Below, piece by piece: positions 1 through 8,205 of a stretch of 59,159 nt of DNA (position 1 is its first letter; every line of letters begins with the position of its first letter). The DNA is from a virus (lineage: Duplodnaviria; Caudoviricetes). The notes under the pieces were generated by a model that saw nothing but the letters and a program-made list of their open reading frames with translations, did not search any database and was not told where the DNA came from. Where the stretch lies: IMG/VR virus record IMGVR_UViG_3300044506_000022, positions 1 to 59,159 of that record; one strand, written 5' to 3'. The position numbers and the translations under genes were made by a program.

Positions 1-30
1 CTTGGTTTATTTTATATAAACAAGAATATT
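1..30. repeat. 30-bp terminal direct repeat (copy 1); circular overlap
   Basis: cttggtttattttatataaacaagaatatt is identical to 59130-59159. Confidence 0.95.
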
Positions 31-136
31 TTCTATGTATTTGATCACTCTAGCTCCCGCCCCTGCTATCCTAATTGTTGAGTGATAATTTCCCTATTCA
101 CCAAACTACCGCGCTTAATCTTTTTGTTTTTAAAGA

Positions 137-445
<309 letters not shown>

Positions 446-451
446 CTAAAT

Positions 452-481
452 AAAAAAGAAGCCCCACAGCAGGGCTTCTTT
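452..481 (-). terminator. Intrinsic terminator-like hairpin upstream of groES
   Basis: aaagaagccc-N7-gggcttcttt with a T-tract on the minus strand. Confidence 0.75.
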
Positions 482-577
482 AAAACTCATCAATATTCAG
501 TTATCAAAGACCGATGAAACTAGTATATGAGATCCGATGAAGAAACGTTTTCCATCACTTCTTCATATTATTATTTT

Positions 578-649
578 ATTATAAATATTCCTCTATAACG
601 TACCGTATTTGTACCGAATTAGTTCCATTTTTGTTCCGTTTTTGTTCCA
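578..649 (-). promoter_or_regulatory. Putative late promoter with five 11-bp-phased activator repeats
   Basis: GTwCCr at 600, 611, 622, 633, 644; minus-strand TATAAT at 583-578; lies downstream of the ArpU-like gene. Confidence 0.7.
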
Positions 650-679
650 TTTGTTTTATCGTATGACCGAATTGATCTA

Positions 680-907
680 CTAAAATAACTCTTCGTTCTT
701 TGCCTTTTCCATAAATCGGTCATGATAGTCCTTCATAACCTGCAAAGGCATTTCAATAAGGTCGATAATCCCGAAAGTGTTGACTGCGTAATACAGACCA
801 TCTCTATACACAAAGAAGTAACTACCGTCTATCTTATTTAAGATATAACCATTCTCTTCTAACCAATTGTTTTTTTCCTGCTTTTCAGTCATTACTACAC
901 CAAACAA
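680..907 (-). CDS. Hypothetical protein
   Basis: ORF in operon orientation. Confidence 0.6.
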   Translation of the reverse strand: MFGVVMTEKQEKNNWLEENGYILNKIDGSYFFVYRDGLYYAVNTFGIIDLIEMPLQVMKDYHDRFMEKAKNEELF

Positions 908-1332
908 AACGCTTTCGCAACTAACTTAATGATGTCATTTTTCTGTTCATAATAATTCTCTCGTCTAATCTTTAATATATTCATTACTGCTTCATCAAAT
1001 CGACCGTATATATACCGATGTTCCCAGATGGTTTTCTGTATGTCATTTAAGCTGTCATAAATAATATCTAGCTTATGTTTAATCAATTCATTCTTAGCCA
1101 CTTCTTCACGAATTTTTTCTTGTTTAAGATACATCGACTCGATTGTATTACTAACTCCACTACAGGAACCTTCTTTCAATTCGTAACTAGGAGTTAGTTT
1201 AATGTTTGGTAATTCCATTTGAAGTGTTTGGATTAAAGCATTTATCTTTCGGTATGAACTTATTATTTTTTCTGCTTTTCTTCTGACTTCATTTGTTAAA
1301 TTCACTTCATCGAATAATGCCAGTTGTTCCAT
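895..1332 (-). CDS. ArpU/RinA-family late transcriptional activator
   Basis: KLTPSYE motif, C-terminal HTH-like region (LNDIQKTIWEHRY...YYEQK), last regulator before the late operon. Confidence 0.8.
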   Translation of the reverse strand: MEQLALFDEVNLTNEVRRKAEKIISSYRKINALIQTLQMELPNIKLTPSYELKEGSCSGVSNTIESMYLKQEKIREEVAKNELIKHKLDIIYDSLNDIQKTIWEHRYIYGRFDEAVMNILKIRRENYYEQKNDIIKLVAKAFCLV

Positions 1333-1348
1333 ATGCTCACTCCTTAGA

Positions 1349-1540
1349 TTATTTTCGATTTCTTTTCCGAGCTTTCCTAACTTCCTTACGTTTACTTTTC
1401 TTATCCTTAATTACGCTTTTAGAAATATGAACATCATGATAAGTAATCCTCTTTCTGCCGATAGGTTTTGAAGCTAATCCTACTATTGCACCTAAGTAAG
1501 CAGATGGAATATAAGGATTATTCATTTTTATCACCTTCAA
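1349..1540 (-). CDS. Small basic hypothetical protein
   Basis: ORF with Lys/Arg-rich C-terminus. Confidence 0.55.
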   Translation of the reverse strand: MKVIKMNNPYIPSAYLGAIVGLASKPIGRKRITYHDVHISKSVIKDKKSKRKEVRKARKRNRK

Positions 1541-1886
1541 GTGCTTTTAGTGCGATTTCTAATATCTCCGTTACGTCTTCATATACCAGTTGTTCAATCC
1601 TTATTATTTCCTTCAACGCTTGTTCGTTACGGTTGATTTTATCTTTTAAAGCTAAATTATCGTGAATTTTTTCGTTTAATTTATCGTGAACCCACCAGAA
1701 TTTATCTAATTCTTTTAGTTTTTCTTCCAACTGTTCCACTTTCTCAGCTTGTTCGATAAACCAATTAAGCCATCCGTAAGTTATGACTGTTCCTTTTGCA
1801 TTTGGAATTTCTTCTCTGCAACCTTTATAAAACTCTTTAATTTGTATCAACTTCTCTTTATCAGTCATTAGGCACCTCCATTTCAA
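1518..1886 (-). CDS. Hypothetical coiled-coil phage protein
   Basis: ORF; WFIEQAEKVEQLE coiled coil; likely start MTDKE after ggaggt RBS. Confidence 0.65.
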   Translation of the reverse strand: MKWRCLMTDKEKLIQIKEFYKGCREEIPNAKGTVITYGWLNWFIEQAEKVEQLEEKLKELDKFWWVHDKLNEKIHDNLALKDKINRNEQALKEIIRIEQLVYEDVTEILEIALKALEGDKNE

Positions 1887-1896
1887 TTTACATAGA

Positions 1897-2232
1897 TTAG
1901 TAGGTAACTTTATTAGTAATTTCCATTAGAGCTAAATACACCATTTCATCTAAGTTTTCTTCTGGTACTTCATACCAAACTAATGGTTTCTCGTGTTCAA
2001 ATTTAAAGTCATATAAGAAAACCGCTTGTTCTTCACCTGTGTCAAGATTTCTCTCTGTTCGTTCTATTCTTTTCGTTACTTTAACAGGTAAAACTAAACC
2101 GATTGATTTAACTCTTAACATCTGATTTAAATTGTATTTAGGTTGTTTCTTGTTATTTTGTTTATTTTCATTACATTCACCTTCTTTGTACTCATTTATC
2201 AACTTAGTAATCTCGTGAACTAAATTTTCCAA
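1897..2232 (-). CDS. Hypothetical protein
   Basis: ORF with aggagggg RBS and TTG start. Confidence 0.65.
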   Translation of the reverse strand: MENLVHEITKLINEYKEGECNENKQNNKKQPKYNLNQMLRVKSIGLVLPVKVTKRIERTERNLDTGEEQAVFLYDFKFEHEKPLVWYEVPEENLDEMVYLALMEITNKVTY

Positions 2233-2244
2233 AAAGTACCCCTC

Positions 2245-2445
2245 CTAATCTTTAATCCCGCCAAAGTAAATGTACTTCCTTAATTTCTGTTTACCGCATT
2301 TGATACACTTATAAGTTGACTGGAACTCTTTCGTAGGATTAAGCCCCCAAGATACTGTCATACCAATTTCAATCTCATCATTCAGACGTTTAAACTCGTG
2401 TTTACATGTTATTCTTCTACATAGTTTAAGTAGTTTTTTAATCAT
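2245..2445 (-). CDS. Small putative Zn-binding protein
   Basis: CKH...CIKC motif. Confidence 0.6.
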   Translation of the reverse strand: MIKKLLKLCRRITCKHEFKRLNDEIEIGMTVSWGLNPTKEFQSTYKCIKCGKQKLRKYIYFGGIKD

Positions 2446-2477
2446 ATCTCTTTATCTCCTATTTACCGTAATGTCCA

Positions 2478-2729
2478 TCATTCGTATTCTTCTAAAATGT
2501 TTAATGCTTCCTCAATTTCATCTTCACCACCAAAATCTAACATGGATACTGCTGTTATAACTTCGTTTTCAACTTCTTCAAATTTGTCTTGCACTTGATA
2601 TTCGAAGCACTTATTATCTCCTGTTTTACCTTCATCAGTGTCAATCATTGTGTAAGAAAATTGATGACTAGCAAAAAACAACTCTTTTTTGATTCTATTA
2701 TTTTCATAAGTAACTACAAATTTAGCCAT
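2478..2729 (-). CDS. Hypothetical acidic protein
   Basis: ORF with RBS. Confidence 0.65.
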   Translation of the reverse strand: MAKFVVTYENNRIKKELFFASHQFSYTMIDTDEGKTGDNKCFEYQVQDKFEEVENEVITAVSMLDFGGEDEIEEALNILEEYE

Positions 2730-2763
2730 TTGTTATCGCCCTTTCTTATTGAACATTTTTTAC

Positions 2764-2961
2764 CTAGATTTCACCCACATGTTCAAAATCAACTTTATTA
2801 AACACAACTGTATATCCGTCCGTATCAACAAATAGAATGTTCTGGATGTACCGTCCAGTGTATTCCTTACCTTTTTGGATTCCTAACCAACTATCATTTC
2901 GTAGTGCTCTTACTTTGGCTTGCTTCAACTTAACTTCCCCTCCTGCTCGAACCATCTTCAA
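2764..2961 (-). CDS. Hypothetical protein
   Basis: ORF; probable TTG start after aggagggg. Confidence 0.55.
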   Translation of the reverse strand: MKMVRAGGEVKLKQAKVRALRNDSWLGIQKGKEYTGRYIQNILFVDTDGYTVVFNKVDFEHVGEI

Positions 2962-2981
2962 TGCTGACTTTAAGCTTTTGC

Positions 2982-4154
2982 TTATGCCTTGTTTTGTTTA
3001 TATTTTTTTAAAGACTCTCGTTTTATATTTGAAATAGTCGGAACAGAAACACCAAACTTTTTAGCAATTAAGCTTTGCTTATCACCAGACTTTAGCATTT
3101 CTCTTATTTCAATTATTTGTTTATCTGATAATTTACCTACTAACATTTCAACTTTTCTGAATAACCTCTCTCCTCTGTCCCCTCTTTTATATCTTTCGTG
3201 TAACGCATTAATACTGATACCGGTTATTCTTGAAGCTTCCGCAAAACTAATTTTTCTTCCTTTGAGGATCACTTCTGGTTTTTTCTTTTTTAATTGAGCT
3301 AGATTAGTAGTTTTCTTTTTCCATTCTTCAATAGATTTAACATGAAATTCACCTTTGTGATAACGGTTTTTAAATTCCGTATAATCATCAAACGTAGTGT
3401 TAAATCCATATAATTTATGAAATATTTTATGTAGATCTTTAAGAAGAGGTATCCCTAAATTCTCTTGGTGTTTCTTTTCAAACAACGCAACAATTTTTTG
3501 TATTTCATCAATAGAAAAATCAGAAACGTATTCTATTTCTTTTAAACCTAATTCCGTTATTACTTCGTCTCTCATAATATGAAATGGCTTTATATGATGG
3601 ACTTCCAAATCATCAGAATTAATACCAGTAATATCGCATTTGTAATTATTTTTTTCTAACGACTCTTTTATCCAATTAGAAATACGATCTCTTAACAAAG
3701 TTCTAATTCCGGTAATTCCACCTTTCCAATTACTACTATTTTCTCTTCTTCTAGATTCCGTTCTACACCATTTACAACGTGTTCCTGATAAAATTTTATT
3801 CAATGACGTTTTATTAACTCTTCCTGGATGTTTAGAGCAGATATACTCCAATGGAGTGGCTACATTCACATACTTATTATCCAGTAATGTATACCCTAAC
3901 TTTGCGAACTCTTTTATAGCATCATCATAATTATATTGCCTGTTCGCTTCATTAGATCGTTCGGCACCGCATAATTTACAACCACTACCTCTCAATAATG
4001 TATGGTATGTGATTGTTAAAACTTTATCTTTATGAATAGAACAAATATATTTCATTTTCGTAGAATTGCTTATATAGCTTGTTTCTAATAATTCGTATCC
4101 ACGTTTTTCGAATTCTTTTTTAACCGATTCAAAATTATGTTTTGTTCCTCTCAA
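2982..4154 (-). CDS. HNH-type homing endonuclease-like protein with repeated Zn-ribbon modules and C-terminal HTH domains
   Basis: Two GY.LL...Y.N...YIC..H...CxxC repeats, CDITG...LEVHHIKPF...HKIFH HNH-like core, terminal HTH (QSLIAKKFGVSVPTISNI); TTG start after ggaggt. Confidence 0.75.
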   Translation of the reverse strand: MRGTKHNFESVKKEFEKRGYELLETSYISNSTKMKYICSIHKDKVLTITYHTLLRGSGCKLCGAERSNEANRQYNYDDAIKEFAKLGYTLLDNKYVNVATPLEYICSKHPGRVNKTSLNKILSGTRCKWCRTESRRRENSSNWKGGITGIRTLLRDRISNWIKESLEKNNYKCDITGINSDDLEVHHIKPFHIMRDEVITELGLKEIEYVSDFSIDEIQKIVALFEKKHQENLGIPLLKDLHKIFHKLYGFNTTFDDYTEFKNRYHKGEFHVKSIEEWKKKTTNLAQLKKKKPEVILKGRKISFAEASRITGISINALHERYKRGDRGERLFRKVEMLVGKLSDKQIIEIREMLKSGDKQSLIAKKFGVSVPTISNIKRESLKKYKQNKA

Positions 4155-4174
4155 AATAACCTTACCTCCAACCA

Positions 4175-4245
4175 AGTTATATAAGTTATATAACTAATTT
4201 TACTAAATAATTGTTCTATTGTCTATATAAGTTATATAACTTATA
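4175..4245. promoter_or_regulatory. Palindromic operators in a divergent promoter region
   Basis: agttatataact at 4184-4195 and perfect 20-bp palindrome tataagttatataacttata at 4226-4245. Confidence 0.7.
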
Positions 4246-4266
4246 ATATGAATTGAGGTGATAATG

Positions 4267-4419
4267 ATGGCTATCGATAAAGAAAAGAATACTCAAATCT
4301 TAGTTACTTTCCCAAATAAAGTTGTTGAGGAAATTGAAAGGTATTGGCATGATAATAAATTGAAAAATAGAAGCGAAACGATTAGAGAACTTGTTAAAAA
4401 AGGGTTAAAGAGAGAGTAA
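4267..4419 (+). CDS. Ribbon-helix-helix (CopG-like) regulator, 50 aa, absent from ORF track
   Basis: MAIDKEKNTQILVTFPNKVVEEIERYWHDNKLKNRSETIRELVKKGLKRE; gaggtg RBS; NRSE.IREL motif. Confidence 0.85.
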   Translation: MAIDKEKNTQILVTFPNKVVEEIERYWHDNKLKNRSETIRELVKKGLKRE

Positions 4420-4428
4420 CAAACTCTC

Positions 4429-4845
4429 TCATACTCCACCTTTTAGGTTTTCCTGAATATCTTTTATTTGAACCTTAATTATTTGAATCATTTCAACCGT
4501 GCTTGTATAAGCATTCCTCCACCTCATACACTCTGCTTCAGCTTCTGCTTCTTGTCGTCTATAAGGTGCTGCTGCCATTTCTGCTTTGTATTCTTTATCT
4601 TTGACTGTCTTTTGTGGATCTAGTGAGTAAACTGTTGCGATTGTTTCTTTTCTTGTTGCTTCTGCTAGTTTCCAATCTTTTAAGCTTGCTGCATGCAATT
4701 TTCCAGTTAATTCAAGAATTTTCCCATATAGCGAAAGTTTTTTTATTAGCTCAGCTGGAAAATCATCGGATAACACACTCACTTGTTTATATAACTCTTT
4801 TAATTTATCTCCTGGAGTTGATTTATCACTCATCCTCATCACCAT
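4429..4845 (-). CDS. Hypothetical helical phage protein
   Basis: ORF in operon. Confidence 0.65.
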   Translation of the reverse strand: MVMRMSDKSTPGDKLKELYKQVSVLSDDFPAELIKKLSLYGKILELTGKLHAASLKDWKLAEATRKETIATVYSLDPQKTVKDKEYKAEMAAAPYRRQEAEAEAECMRWRNAYTSTVEMIQIIKVQIKDIQENLKGGV

Positions 4846-4862
4846 GAAGTAATTTAGTTATT

Positions 4863-5291
4863 TCATAAACTAGGTTTTCCATTTGACACCTCGATTTCTA
4901 TTCTAGGTTTATCCGAATACCACTTCCGAACATTCAACTCTACAATCTGACTGTCATCCTTCCAGATAACCTTATTGAGTGCATCCTTTATCCCTTTTAC
5001 ATAGTTATCTACATCTGGCTTAGAAGTAGGACGTAATGCCCCACTCTTTGCCTGTTCTAGTTTTGTCTTACTCTTGCTTATATATTTCGGTATCGCTCTA
5101 TACACATCAACGACTAACCTTAATTCACCTTCAAGTAATTCACTCGGAGCATATTGTGAAGCTACTAATCTTACATACTGTTTAAAGTCACTCGATTTCT
5201 TAGGATCGTATGCTCTCGTAGTTCCTCCTTGTGTACTGAATCGAGGTCTACCTTGTGCTACTGGTTCACCGATAACCGTAAACTGAATCAT
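4863..5291 (-). CDS. rusA: RusA-family Holliday junction resolvase
   Basis: GEPVAQGRPRF and KPDVDNYVKGIKDALN..IWKDDSQIV motifs. Confidence 0.93.
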   Translation of the reverse strand: MIQFTVIGEPVAQGRPRFSTQGGTTRAYDPKKSSDFKQYVRLVASQYAPSELLEGELRLVVDVYRAIPKYISKSKTKLEQAKSGALRPTSKPDVDNYVKGIKDALNKVIWKDDSQIVELNVRKWYSDKPRIEIEVSNGKPSL

Positions 5292-5449
5292 AATAATCCC
5301 CTCAATTCACAGATGAATTTTTGTATTTCTAATACTTTTACTTCACATATTGCATATAGAGGATCATTTGCTTTTAAACTATTCTTTCGTTCAAGAAGGA
5401 GAGTAATCTCTCCCTCGTACTTTCTGATTAGTTGTTGGATTTCGTTCAT
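5288..5449 (-). CDS. Hypothetical protein, 53 aa, absent from ORF track
   Basis: MNEIQQLIRKYEG...ELRGLL; aggag RBS; ATGA overlap with rusA. Confidence 0.6.
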   Translation of the reverse strand: MNEIQQLIRKYEGEITLLLERKNSLKANDPLYAICEVKVLEIQKFICELRGLL

Positions 5450-5463
5450 GGTTTGCTCCTAGA

Positions 5464-5832
5464 TTATTTGTTTGGTAGTAATGTTAGGTCGTAATTTGAT
5501 TCAATAAATTTAATAGACTTGTTTCTATTGCAGTCATTACCTAAATAAGTGTAAATTTCCATCATTTCATCAAAAGTGAAACTAGTACCTAAATATTCGT
5601 TTACAATATTTCTAATTCTTTTTTGCCAATACTCGCTTACACCTTTACAGCTTGGTCTTGATAACCATGCAATTACTTTACATTTCAATTCCAACTCGGT
5701 TTCAACATCTTCCAATCTAAAATAAATATTGTGCTTAGGTTCAACTATTAGTTCAAAATTAGAATTAATAAAACAATTTGGAGAATATTTTTCTGTAATC
5801 TTCATAAACTTCTTTGCTAACTCGATATTCAT
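5464..5832 (-). CDS. Hypothetical phage protein
   Basis: ORF; aaggag RBS before MNIEL. Confidence 0.7.
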   Translation of the reverse strand: MNIELAKKFMKITEKYSPNCFINSNFELIVEPKHNIYFRLEDVETELELKCKVIAWLSRPSCKGVSEYWQKRIRNIVNEYLGTSFTFDEMMEIYTYLGNDCNRNKSIKFIESNYDLTLLPNK

Positions 5833-5868
5833 AAATGCTGCTCCTTTCATAGTTACGAATTAAATTCC

Positions 5869-6234
5869 TTAAATAACCTTCCCACCATGCTTATAAGGTC
5901 TTGATTTGTTATACTCATGCTTCAATTCAACCAATCTCTGCATATCTATATTTTCTTTTCCGCAATAATCCAAGATTCTGATAATACAATCAGCAAGTTC
6001 TACACCAGTTCCTTCTAGTTTTCTACCTTCTGCATTTTCGATATTTTCATCAATACAGTGTTCATCATCAAAATAATAAGCAACTGGCATGTTATTTCTG
6101 TATTCCTCTAACGCTTCTGAAAGTTCACTGTGACATAATGCAATTATCTCTCCAAAACCTCTATCATTTTCCCACCAACCGTGATCAACCGCATTTTGGT
6201 GAACTTCTTTTGCTAATTCGTTTAGATTTTTCAT
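5869..6234 (-). CDS. MazG-like nucleotide pyrophosphohydrolase
   Basis: HSELSEALE and ELADCIIRILD motifs, K..YN..RPYKHG. Confidence 0.85.
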   Translation of the reverse strand: MKNLNELAKEVHQNAVDHGWWENDRGFGEIIALCHSELSEALEEYRNNMPVAYYFDDEHCIDENIENAEGRKLEGTGVELADCIIRILDYCGKENIDMQRLVELKHEYNKSRPYKHGGKVI

Positions 6235-6407
6235 TTATAACTCTCCCTATCTCATAATTTATAGTTTTATAAATCTCTTGTTCTTTTTGAGGAAGAGGGA
6301 CGTACCTTCCAGACTTCATTTGTTCATACGTCCCTTTGTTTGTATTCAGCAAAATTGCCATTGTGCTATTTTTGTAGTGTAATGTCATTTGAGCTATTTT
6401 AAGGACT

Positions 6408-6779
6408 TCAGAAAGGTAAGTCTGAGTCATTTTCACTTTGTACATCTTTGAAAAATTTACAGATTTCAGTAAATAATAAATCTTTAGTTCGTTGGAATTT
6501 AGGTAACTCGTCATATCGTTTCATGCAAGGATGAGTTTTCTTCTCTGGATCCTTTTCTTTTCCATATACCCAACCTTCTTCAAGCTTTTGTTTTAACCAA
6601 TTTTCGTGAGATTGTTCAGGAGTTACATCATGTTCAAGATGGAACTTAACCCCATTAATTGCACTTTCCTTTTGCCATTCAGGTGAAACCTCCCAATCTA
6701 CTTGACTCGTATCTCCTACACTTTCACAATAAGCCTTGTTTATTTGGTGACATAACTTTGCGATTTGTTCAATTTTCAT
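6408..6779 (-). CDS. RyR-domain protein with acidic DLPF tail
   Basis: HENW...EGWVYG..KD..KKTHPCM..YDELP..QRTKD RyR-repeat signature. Confidence 0.85.
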   Translation of the reverse strand: MKIEQIAKLCHQINKAYCESVGDTSQVDWEVSPEWQKESAINGVKFHLEHDVTPEQSHENWLKQKLEEGWVYGKEKDPEKKTHPCMKRYDELPKFQRTKDLLFTEICKFFKDVQSENDSDLPF

Positions 6780-6798
6780 TTATTTTCTCTCCCTTTGT

Positions 6799-6939
6799 TT
6801 AAATAATTTCTTTCCATCCGTTCTTCAATTTCCATTTCAACTGACCTTTCTTTAAAGGTTCATATGCGTACACTGATTGATAACCTTCTTTTCGATAAAG
6901 TAAAACCCACTTTGCTTTCTTTATCTTTTTTCGAGCCAT
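6799..6939 (-). CDS. Small basic protein, 46 aa, absent from ORF track
   Basis: MARKKIKKAKWVLLYRKEGYQSVYAYEPLKKGQLKWKLKNGWKEII; gaggt RBS. Confidence 0.6.
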   Translation of the reverse strand: MARKKIKKAKWVLLYRKEGYQSVYAYEPLKKGQLKWKLKNGWKEII

Positions 6940-6941
6940 AT

Positions 6942-7220
6942 TTAAACCTCACAGATTGCATTTAGCGCTTCTGGATTCAACACTTCTATGTGTGTTCCTT
7001 TCATTCCGAGTGACTTCGAACGAATGATACCTACAAGAGCTAATTTACTGATTGTGGCTGTAACAACAGTTCTAGAAATTTCTTGTCCTTCGATTAGATC
7101 CGCAGCAACGAATACTCTTGATTTTTGGCCATCTAACGCTTCAGATAAAATCTTTGTTACCTCTAATTCCGTATGAGATAATTGTTTAATCACCGTACTT
7201 GTATTTGTCATTAATTCCAT
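6942..7220 (-). CDS. Stand-alone CodY C-terminal winged-HTH domain (no GAF domain)
   Basis: LSHTELE...SRTVV.ATISKL...GIIRSKSLGMKGTHIEVLN matches the CodY wHTH (LSYSELE...[34 protein letters not shown]). Confidence 0.9.
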   Translation of the reverse strand: MELMTNTSTVIKQLSHTELEVTKILSEALDGQKSRVFVAADLIEGQEISRTVVTATISKLALVGIIRSKSLGMKGTHIEVLNPEALNAICEV

Positions 7221-7232
7221 TTCAATCGCTCC

Positions 7233-7637
7233 TTATTTTGAATTGTATTTATTCCACTCTTTAAGATCTGTTTCGCTTATCGTTTTGTCTATGATGAAGG
7301 CTCTTTCTATGTCCGTTGCATCCATGAAATACGCTTTTCCGAACCTGTTTTCGAATGCTTGTTGCCATACTTCCATTCGTTTAGGATCTGCATGAAGTTT
7401 CTTATGACAGTCGTTGCAAACTGGAAGACAGTTAGTGAATACTCCTCTAGCTCCTTGGGAACGAAGCTTTACATGATGCATATGTAGTTCTCTTTGTTGT
7501 ACTCCACATTCTTGACAGGTATTGTTGTAATGCTTTTTGGCCTTTTCTCGAACAGCTGCAGGGAATTTATTTCTTTCACCTGCCTTTGCTACTCTCCTTT
7601 TATGATTAGGTTTTGGAACAGCTGGCATCATGCCCAC
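7233..7637 (-). CDS. HNH endonuclease
   Basis: CQECG...HHVK.RSQG...NCLPVCNDCH..H. Confidence 0.85.
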   Translation of the reverse strand: MGMMPAVPKPNHKRRVAKAGERNKFPAAVREKAKKHYNNTCQECGVQQRELHMHHVKLRSQGARGVFTNCLPVCNDCHKKLHADPKRMEVWQQAFENRFGKAYFMDATDIERAFIIDKTISETDLKEWNKYNSK

Positions 7638-8194
7638 CTTTTAACGATGCTGCGTAATTCCAGATTCTCTTCTTCTACCTCATTAAGTTTTTCATTCAGT
7701 TTAATATTTTTAACTACTAACTCCATTGCTTCTTTAGTAACCTCTTCACGATTTTTCACTTCTTCATTTACACGTTCACGCTCATTTACTACACATCTTT
7801 TCTCCAACTTGAGTAATACTTCTAATGAATTGATACGTTCCTCTAATTCTTTCTTTTCTTCTACCAAGTTATGATTCTCAAAAAGAACCTCATTTAATTT
7901 CATATTTGCTTCTTGTAATTCTGCTAGAGTGATAGTTGGTTCAGTTGATTTTTCTGATTCCCCAGTTTTGCCTTTAGCCATTTTCTTCTCCCCTTTTTGG
8001 ATTTTGTATGGCGGTACGATTAAATCTCCTAATTGCCTAATTTCTATATACACATTACACTTTTCGCAATATTCCGACCTTAATTTGTGTGGTTTTAGAG
8101 TCATTCCCTTTTGATATTGGCAATGTATACAGTGTTTTTCGATTGTGTCATGTATTTTTATCCGAACCGCTCTCTTCCGTTTCCGTTCATCCAC
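7628..8194 (-). CDS. Zinc-finger plus coiled-coil protein
   Basis: CIHC...CEKC N-terminus, heptad-rich C-terminus. Confidence 0.65.
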   Translation of the reverse strand: MDERKRKRAVRIKIHDTIEKHCIHCQYQKGMTLKPHKLRSEYCEKCNVYIEIRQLGDLIVPPYKIQKGEKKMAKGKTGESEKSTEPTITLAELQEANMKLNEVLFENHNLVEEKKELEERINSLEVLLKLEKRCVVNERERVNEEVKNREEVTKEAMELVVKNIKLNEKLNEVEEENLELRSIVKRWA

Positions 8195-8205
8195 CTAATT
8201 ACCTC

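Noticed and set aside
485-570. Possible hammerhead ribozyme in the late leader (ccgatga...gaaac)
   Set aside because: Core reads CCGAUGA rather than CUGAUGA, and I could not build three consistent stems.
6185-6514. 109-aa minus-strand ORF
   Set aside because: Overlaps both neighbours substantially; a shorter gene from ~6389 is possible but has no motif or clear RBS.
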